Shown piece after piece: positions 28,990-33,401 of a stretch of DNA of 33,401 nt. Within the stretch, counting starts at the first letter, position 1, and each line of letters starts with the position of its first letter. The notes under the pieces are model-generated. The model did no database searches, was not told the DNA's origin, and saw only the letters and a list, made by a program, of their open reading frames with translations. Made by a program: the position numbers and the translations under genes. The stretch comes from Candidatus Hodarchaeum mangrovi (GTDB lineage Archaea > Asgardarchaeota > Heimdallarchaeia > Hodarchaeales > Hodarchaeaceae), in contig JAEOUE010000044.1 of assembly GCA_016839515.1 (NCBI GenBank), positions 1 to 33,401 on the forward strand, given 5' to 3'.

Positions 28990-30453
28990 CTAATTAAATA
29001 AGGTACCCAAGATACTTATAGCTCTTTTGATGTGATTCTGCTCATCAGCCACTCCCAAATGGATATTAAATCCCAAATTACCTAATTCATTCCATTTTCG
29101 AGTAAAGATCCTAAACCAAGTCTGGGGGATGGTGAGAGTTCCAAGTAATAAACGGGGAGAATAATAGAGACTGACAAAGGGAAATTGACTTAAATGATCA
29201 CAAATATGTTGTGTTATTTTAGTTTCACCCCAATCTGAAATTAGAATCATCCATATAGTTAGATCCAAGCCAATATTTGAAACAATGCTAATTGGGAGAG
29301 TTATTTCTTTCTTTAAGATTTCTCGCCATAACCGAGTTATACTATCTTGATTCACACCAGCATATTCAGCTAATTGGATTTCCTTGGTTGTACCATGAAT
29401 TTGATAAAAATTAAGCAATCTAGCTTGGGAGACGGTGAGTTTCACTGGATCTAAATTTGGAGTTAATTCCATTTTCAGACCTGAATGATCAAGAATAATC
29501 TCATCATCCCAATTATTTTCCCGTAATATTGGGGGTGGTATTTTCCAGCGCTTTTCAGGTCTTTTATGGATAGGGGATAAATGCCAGCCAATATATTTTG
29601 AATATAACTGAAATTCACGTAATGGATTTAAATCTTCTTGAATTTTGGAGAAAATGAAGTGTTTCCAATAGGGGATTTGATAAATTTGTAACATTCCTTT
29701 CTGTAATCCTAAATTGAAAGGTAGTTTCCCTAAACAATATTCATCATAGCTCGAAATTGTCTCTTCATGATCAAATAAATATGCTATAGTTTGATACCCT
29801 AATTGTGCCATTTTAACTAAATAAGTGTGTGTAAGTATATATTGATCATATAATCGACCACAACGTGTAGAAATGGTTTTGGGTTCACAATCAATCGCTT
29901 TAGCAAGTTCTTTTTGACTTGGAAATCGTTTCCAATGGTGACAGAATGCTGAATCAGTATAATAGAGTATAATTTTTCTATCAGTGTTATTTAGAGGTAA
30001 GTTTGAATCATCAAATACTTTCCAAAGTGTTGATAGAAAGTCTTGTATACTCTCTTTCTTCTTTAGATCTGTTATCTTCCAATCCATATCATAGATAAGT
30101 TTTGAGGCTAATTTATGCGGAAATAACATAATACTACCCTCAAATAACAAACCAAATGAATAATAGTCCTTAGCATACTTTATTCGCCATATAAAATAAT
30201 GTTTAAATTCTGGGATTTTTATCCATTTATTCATAAAGGGTAGGGTATGGCTCTTAAATAGAAGTTTACTTACTTCTCGGGCATTATGAGTTGACGTAAA
30301 ACAGTATTTTTGTAATTTGCTAATAAAATCTAGAAATTCTTGGATGAAAGTGCTTTCTAATTCACTCTTAATATCTTCAGAAAGTTGGGTTTGTTTTGGA
30401 GCCAAGATCTTACTACTCAATCCTTTATTTTTAGATTGGATTATAAAAATCAT
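28990..30453 (-). CDS. Large regulator with tandem Lrp/AsnC-like wHTH modules (paralog 2)
   Basis: LNNTDRKII...SQKELAKAIDCEPKTISTRC...MAQLGY and LTVSQARLL...LAEYAGVNQDSITRL...SNIGL. Shares G.I..FP..L and W.L...W..PP motifs with paralog 1. Confidence 0.75.
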   Translation of the reverse strand: MIFIIQSKNKGLSSKILAPKQTQLSEDIKSELESTFIQEFLDFISKLQKYCFTSTHNAREVSKLLFKSHTLPFMNKWIKIPEFKHYFIWRIKYAKDYYSFGLLFEGSIMLFPHKLASKLIYDMDWKITDLKKKESIQDFLSTLWKVFDDSNLPLNNTDRKIILYYTDSAFCHHWKRFPSQKELAKAIDCEPKTISTRCGRLYDQYILTHTYLVKMAQLGYQTIAYLFDHEETISSYDEYCLGKLPFNLGLQKGMLQIYQIPYWKHFIFSKIQEDLNPLREFQLYSKYIGWHLSPIHKRPEKRWKIPPPILRENNWDDEIILDHSGLKMELTPNLDPVKLTVSQARLLNFYQIHGTTKEIQLAEYAGVNQDSITRLWREILKKEITLPISIVSNIGLDLTIWMILISDWGETKITQHICDHLSQFPFVSLYYSPRLLLGTLTIPQTWFRIFTRKWNELGNLGFNIHLGVADEQNHIKRAISILGTLFN

Positions 30454-30496
30454 TTCTAATTTAAATTCTTACTTAAGAGTCGATTAGATAAAAACG

Positions 30497-30534
30497 AGAC
30501 TTTGTCATCCTTACTTACATCAAAGTCTTGATGT
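30497..30534. promoter_or_regulatory. Inverted repeat AGACTTTG-N16-CAAAGTCT overlapped by palindrome ACATCAA-N4-TTGATGT (candidate operator, module 2)
   Basis: Arms at 30497-30504 and 30521-30528; second dyad at 30517-30523 and 30528-30534. Confidence 0.55.
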
Positions 30535-30579
30535 GGATTATATTAGGTGGCATCCGGCTTTCATTAATTGTGATAAATT

Positions 30580-30735
30580 ATGAAAGCTCTCAAGCCACGT
30601 TTAGTTTTAAACCAATCTAATTTAATTCGACTTATACCTATTAGTTTTTATATGGCATTACTACTTTTAGGAATTATATTGGGAATAACTGACCCAAATC
30701 CTCCCCCACTTCCTCCACCATGGACTGGTGGTTAA
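30580..30735 (+). CDS. Unannotated 51-aa hydrophobic-helix/Pro-tail peptide 2 MKALKPRLVLNQSNLIRLIPISFYMALLLLGIILGITDPNPPPLPPPWTGG
   Basis: Translated by hand. GTGAT upstream; divergent from the 30453 regulator; aligns without gaps to peptide 1. Confidence 0.8.
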   Translation: MKALKPRLVLNQSNLIRLIPISFYMALLLLGIILGITDPNPPPLPPPWTGG

Positions 30736-30783
30736 ATCAAATACAGGGTCGAGTGAGGGGATCCACAGATTAAGGAGAAATAG

Positions 30784-31098
30784 ATGATTTTGCAGGAGAA
30801 AAATGGAGTTGGGTTTTTGAAAAAGACCCAAACTCCTATTATATTTTCTATGCTTACTTTATCCTTATTTAATAATTTTAATATGAAATCAAATCACCTA
30901 ATCCTTGAAACAAGGGATACAACGGAGAAACAATACTTAAAATATTGGTTACGATTATTAAAAATAATTTCAGGTTTAGATTATTATTTGAAGCCGATAA
31001 AGGGAAATAAATCATACGAATTATTTTGTTCAAGCGACTCCAATTACTTTCAGCAATTATGGGAAAAAATAATCACAGTACCATTAAGGATGGATTGA
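30784..31098 (+). CDS. Hypothetical protein (104 aa)
   Basis: AAGGAG RBS upstream. Its stop TGA overlaps an in-frame TTG of the next gene. Confidence 0.55.
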   Translation: MILQEKNGVGFLKKTQTPIIFSMLTLSLFNNFNMKSNHLILETRDTTEKQYLKYWLRLLKIISGLDYYLKPIKGNKSYELFCSSDSNYFQQLWEKIITVPLRMD

Positions 31099-31916
31099 AA
31101 GTTCTAAATTTGAAATTAATAGATTCAACTGAAATTTACAGACCTTTCACACCAATTCTAGTTGTAGATTATAATAAAATAGTTTTTTTTTCGCAGACTC
31201 TTGCTAAGCTCTGTAGATTCCATCCTTCGACTGTCATTCCTACTTCTTTATCTGCAATTTTGAAAATGTTACCATATTTTCGAATAATAAATATTAACCC
31301 ATTAAAAATATTCCTTGGACAACAAAACAAACCTCCATTTATGGAGATTCCGGCTTGGGGAACGGAAATTATACATGAACTACGTACTTCGGTTTTACAC
31401 CTTGATTTAGGAATAAATGCAGTACTTAAAGATACTGAAGCAACTCGAAAGATAGTTCAAGCCAATAGAAGAATAAAAATTTCAACTCTATTGGCTTCAG
31501 ATTTCATACAACTACACTCTACACCTCCAGAGATCGAATTGATTTCCTTGGATAAAGTAATCCAAGATATCCTTACAATTGTTGATAATGGAAATGTGAA
31601 ATACTCAATAATCCGACAAAACACTCCAGATATTTGGGCAAATCAGACTTTTTTAAGTTCATTCTTTATAAATATCATCACATGGTTAAATACGTATTCT
31701 TTAATCATTGAATTTGAATTACTCAATCTAGTTTCTATAAAAATTCGAATAATCACACCTGATGATTATATGATAGCTTTACTCCCTGGATACAGAATGG
31801 TTACTTATTATATTGATTATATCGCATCGTATTTTAACGCACGAGCGTGGTTTGATCAAAATTCTCTCAATATAATTTTTCCCTCATTATCTCATTTATA
31901 TAAGAAATTAACATAA
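31095..31916 (+). CDS. Degenerate PAS-HisKA histidine-kinase-like protein
   Basis: PAS-like PILVVDYNKIVFFSQTLAKL, H-box IIHELRTS and an eroded N-box (DIWANQTFLSSFFINII); no G1/G2 boxes. The TTG at 31095 is preferred over 31026 because it gives a TTGA overlap. Confidence 0.6.
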   Translation: MKVLNLKLIDSTEIYRPFTPILVVDYNKIVFFSQTLAKLCRFHPSTVIPTSLSAILKMLPYFRIININPLKIFLGQQNKPPFMEIPAWGTEIIHELRTSVLHLDLGINAVLKDTEATRKIVQANRRIKISTLLASDFIQLHSTPPEIELISLDKVIQDILTIVDNGNVKYSIIRQNTPDIWANQTFLSSFFINIITWLNTYSLIIEFELLNLVSIKIRIITPDDYMIALLPGYRMVTYYIDYIASYFNARAWFDQNSLNIIFPSLSHLYKKLT

Positions 31917-32164
31917 CATAAAAAAAAAGAATAATTAATATATCTAGAGATCAACCCAAGAATATTTTTAGCATTATATCTATTATATTAAGTCAATATT
32001 AGTTTTAAGACTCTCCAATTGAATTTCTACTTTTGCTTACATTTTATTGTTTCTTTTAAAGACTCATAAATATTATAGGACTTATAAACTCAGAAAAGGA
32101 GAATCGAAAGCTTTTATAACATTTTAAATGTTAAATTCACAATTAATTTCTGGGAGATTCGTTC

Positions 32165-32821
32165 TTGAAGCTTATAATTGGGAAGGTTATTGGTCTTCCT
32201 TTCCTATTTGTTTTTATGAATCTTGGTTTTTTTCTATTTTCACCTGAAATTTTTACACAGCTATCTATTTTACTACCAATTTTACTCCTGTTTGTATTTA
32301 TTAGTATTGATATTCTCATTCGTCCCATATCCGCTGAGAAGGATGCTTTTCAAAGATTAATTTTAATAATCTCTTTTTTGATATTTCCAATCTTCCTCTA
32401 TTTACCATATGTCGAATTTTCCTATTGGGAGAATTCACTCTTTATGAGTAATATCTATTGCTATTTGCTTATTCTAGGAAATTTTCTTTTATTTTCGGGA
32501 GGAACGATTCTGTTTTGCAGTCGATTACAGCTTGGGAAGTTTGGTGGTCCAAAACTTGTCATTGAAACCGATCATATATTAATCCAAACAGGATTTTATC
32601 GATTTATTCGTCATCCCATGTATCTAGGTTTTCTTTGTCTTTTCTTAGGGTACAATATAGCAGTAGGAGGGCTTTTTGTAGCCTTTCTTGGTACTTGTTT
32701 TTTCTTTTTACTCTTTAGATATAGAATGATCATTGAGGAGAATCAATTATTAGAAGAATTTGGGAACGAATATTCTGTTTATAAGAACAGAACCAAACGG
32801 TTAATTCCGTTTTTTTATTAA
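32165..32821 (+). CDS. Isoprenylcysteine carboxyl methyltransferase (ICMT/Ste14/PEMT) family membrane protein
   Basis: HILIQTGFYRFIRHPMYLG, RMIIEENQLLEEFGNEY..Y and RLIPF. Confidence 0.9.
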   Translation: MKLIIGKVIGLPFLFVFMNLGFFLFSPEIFTQLSILLPILLLFVFISIDILIRPISAEKDAFQRLILIISFLIFPIFLYLPYVEFSYWENSLFMSNIYCYLLILGNFLLFSGGTILFCSRLQLGKFGGPKLVIETDHILIQTGFYRFIRHPMYLGFLCLFLGYNIAVGGLFVAFLGTCFFFLLFRYRMIIEENQLLEEFGNEYSVYKNRTKRLIPFFY

Positions 32822-33124
32822 GTTTTGAAATTGACCATCCATTACTCTTAAGACATATCTACGTCCTTTCAAACCCCAAAGGATTTTATGTCCTGTCTGA
32901 GCTTGTTTTGCCCAATGTGAGTCCTTGTTAGGATTCTGTTCAATAAAAAAAATCCCTTCAATTGTAACATTTCTCAGTCCACTCTTAGTTTTATGAATTC
33001 GATATATTTCTTGACCTATTTGAACGTTTTTTTGCTCTCCAAAAATTGCTTTAAACACATGTAAGGAAACTGATTCTAATTGGTCTATTTCGATTGAAGA
33101 CATTTTTTCTCGAGAACAAGACAT
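32801..33124 (-). CDS. Conserved-looking hypothetical protein
   Basis: FIEQNPNKDSHWA..A..GHKILW looks like a conserved motif. The start is probably the second Met; convergent 21-bp overlap with the ICMT gene. Confidence 0.7.
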   Translation of the reverse strand: MSCSREKMSSIEIDQLESVSLHVFKAIFGEQKNVQIGQEIYRIHKTKSGLRNVTIEGIFFIEQNPNKDSHWAKQAQTGHKILWGLKGRRYVLRVMDGQFQNLIKKRN

Positions 33125-33276
33125 TAATTATAAGTTTTATAGTTTCCTTGATATTTTCAAGATCGCAGGATTTTGAGCATATAGCGTACTGAAATTCCAT
33201 ATATAATTGCTAGAAGTATTATAACCTGAAATATTAAATATTTTGAGAATGATTATGAGTAAGAGGGGGGAGGGAG

Positions 33277-33332
33277 GGAGGTTGTTTTGATGCTAGCTCA
33301 AAAACGTGTTTAAGTCGCTCAAACCAACCTCC
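33277..33332. repeat. 14-bp imperfect inverted repeat preceded by a G-rich tract
   Basis: GGAGGTTGTTTTGA (33277-33290) against TCAAACCAACCTCC (33319-33332), 13/14 complementary. Confidence 0.6.
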
Positions 33333-33401
33333 ATTTTAATTAAGGAGATTTTACTTTCTCAAATTGATTTTATTCTATGAAGAAATTCTTCTTCCACAAC
33401 C

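Noticed and set aside
30721-30735. C-terminal GG as a double-glycine bacteriocin leader or ubiquitin-like terminus
   Set aside because: Nothing follows the GG, there is no beta-grasp domain, peptide 1 lacks it, and no peptidase transporter or E1-like gene is in the window.
31026-31098. Possible programmed frameshift joining the 104-aa and 296-aa ORFs
   Set aside because: An in-frame TTG at 31095 overlapping the TGA explains the overlap as ordinary translational coupling.
32143-32328. 61-aa minus-strand ORF
   Set aside because: Antisense shadow of the hydrophobic ICMT-family gene.
32165-32821. ICMT as a Ste14-like maturation enzyme for the small peptides
   Set aside because: Neither peptide has a cysteine or CaaX end, and the family is widespread in prokaryotes.
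1-33401. CRISPR arrays, tRNA/rRNA genes, transposases or integrases
   Set aside because: No regularly spaced repeats, GC-rich structural RNA segments or recombinase motifs were seen by eye; a covariance-model search was not run.

Overview
AT-rich, gene-dense archaeal chromosomal DNA, most likely an Asgard archaeon of the Heimdallarchaeia/Hodarchaeales type. This is inferred from eukaryote-like PriS/PriL, Hef, a longin-like protein and GGTGA/GGAGG ribosome-binding sites. The left part holds a carotenoid locus (crtB, crtI, a tandem lycopene cyclase, an MBL hydrolase and a Rieske oxygenase) next to a CarH-like B12-binding regulator with tandem winged-HTH domains. The middle holds priS-priL, a PHP hydrolase, a flippase-like and a GT-C-like membrane protein, Hef, a Tubby/LURP-like protein, a histidine phosphatase, FprA, a divergent M24 peptidase, a longin-like protein and a PhzF-family gene that probably starts at ATT. 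The most notable signal is at about 25.9-31.9 kb. Two mirror-image modules each pair a ~485-aa tandem Lrp/AsnC-like regulator with a divergent 50-51-aa peptide gene missing from the ORF track. The two peptides share a hydrophobic helix and a Pro-rich tail, and each intergenic region carries a related inverted repeat (ARAYTTTG-N16/17-CAAARTYT). The second module is followed by a degenerate PAS-histidine kinase. This resembles a candidate peptide-signalling system. No rRNA, tRNA, CRISPR array or transposase was recognised. All protein family calls are by motif recognition; no searches were run.
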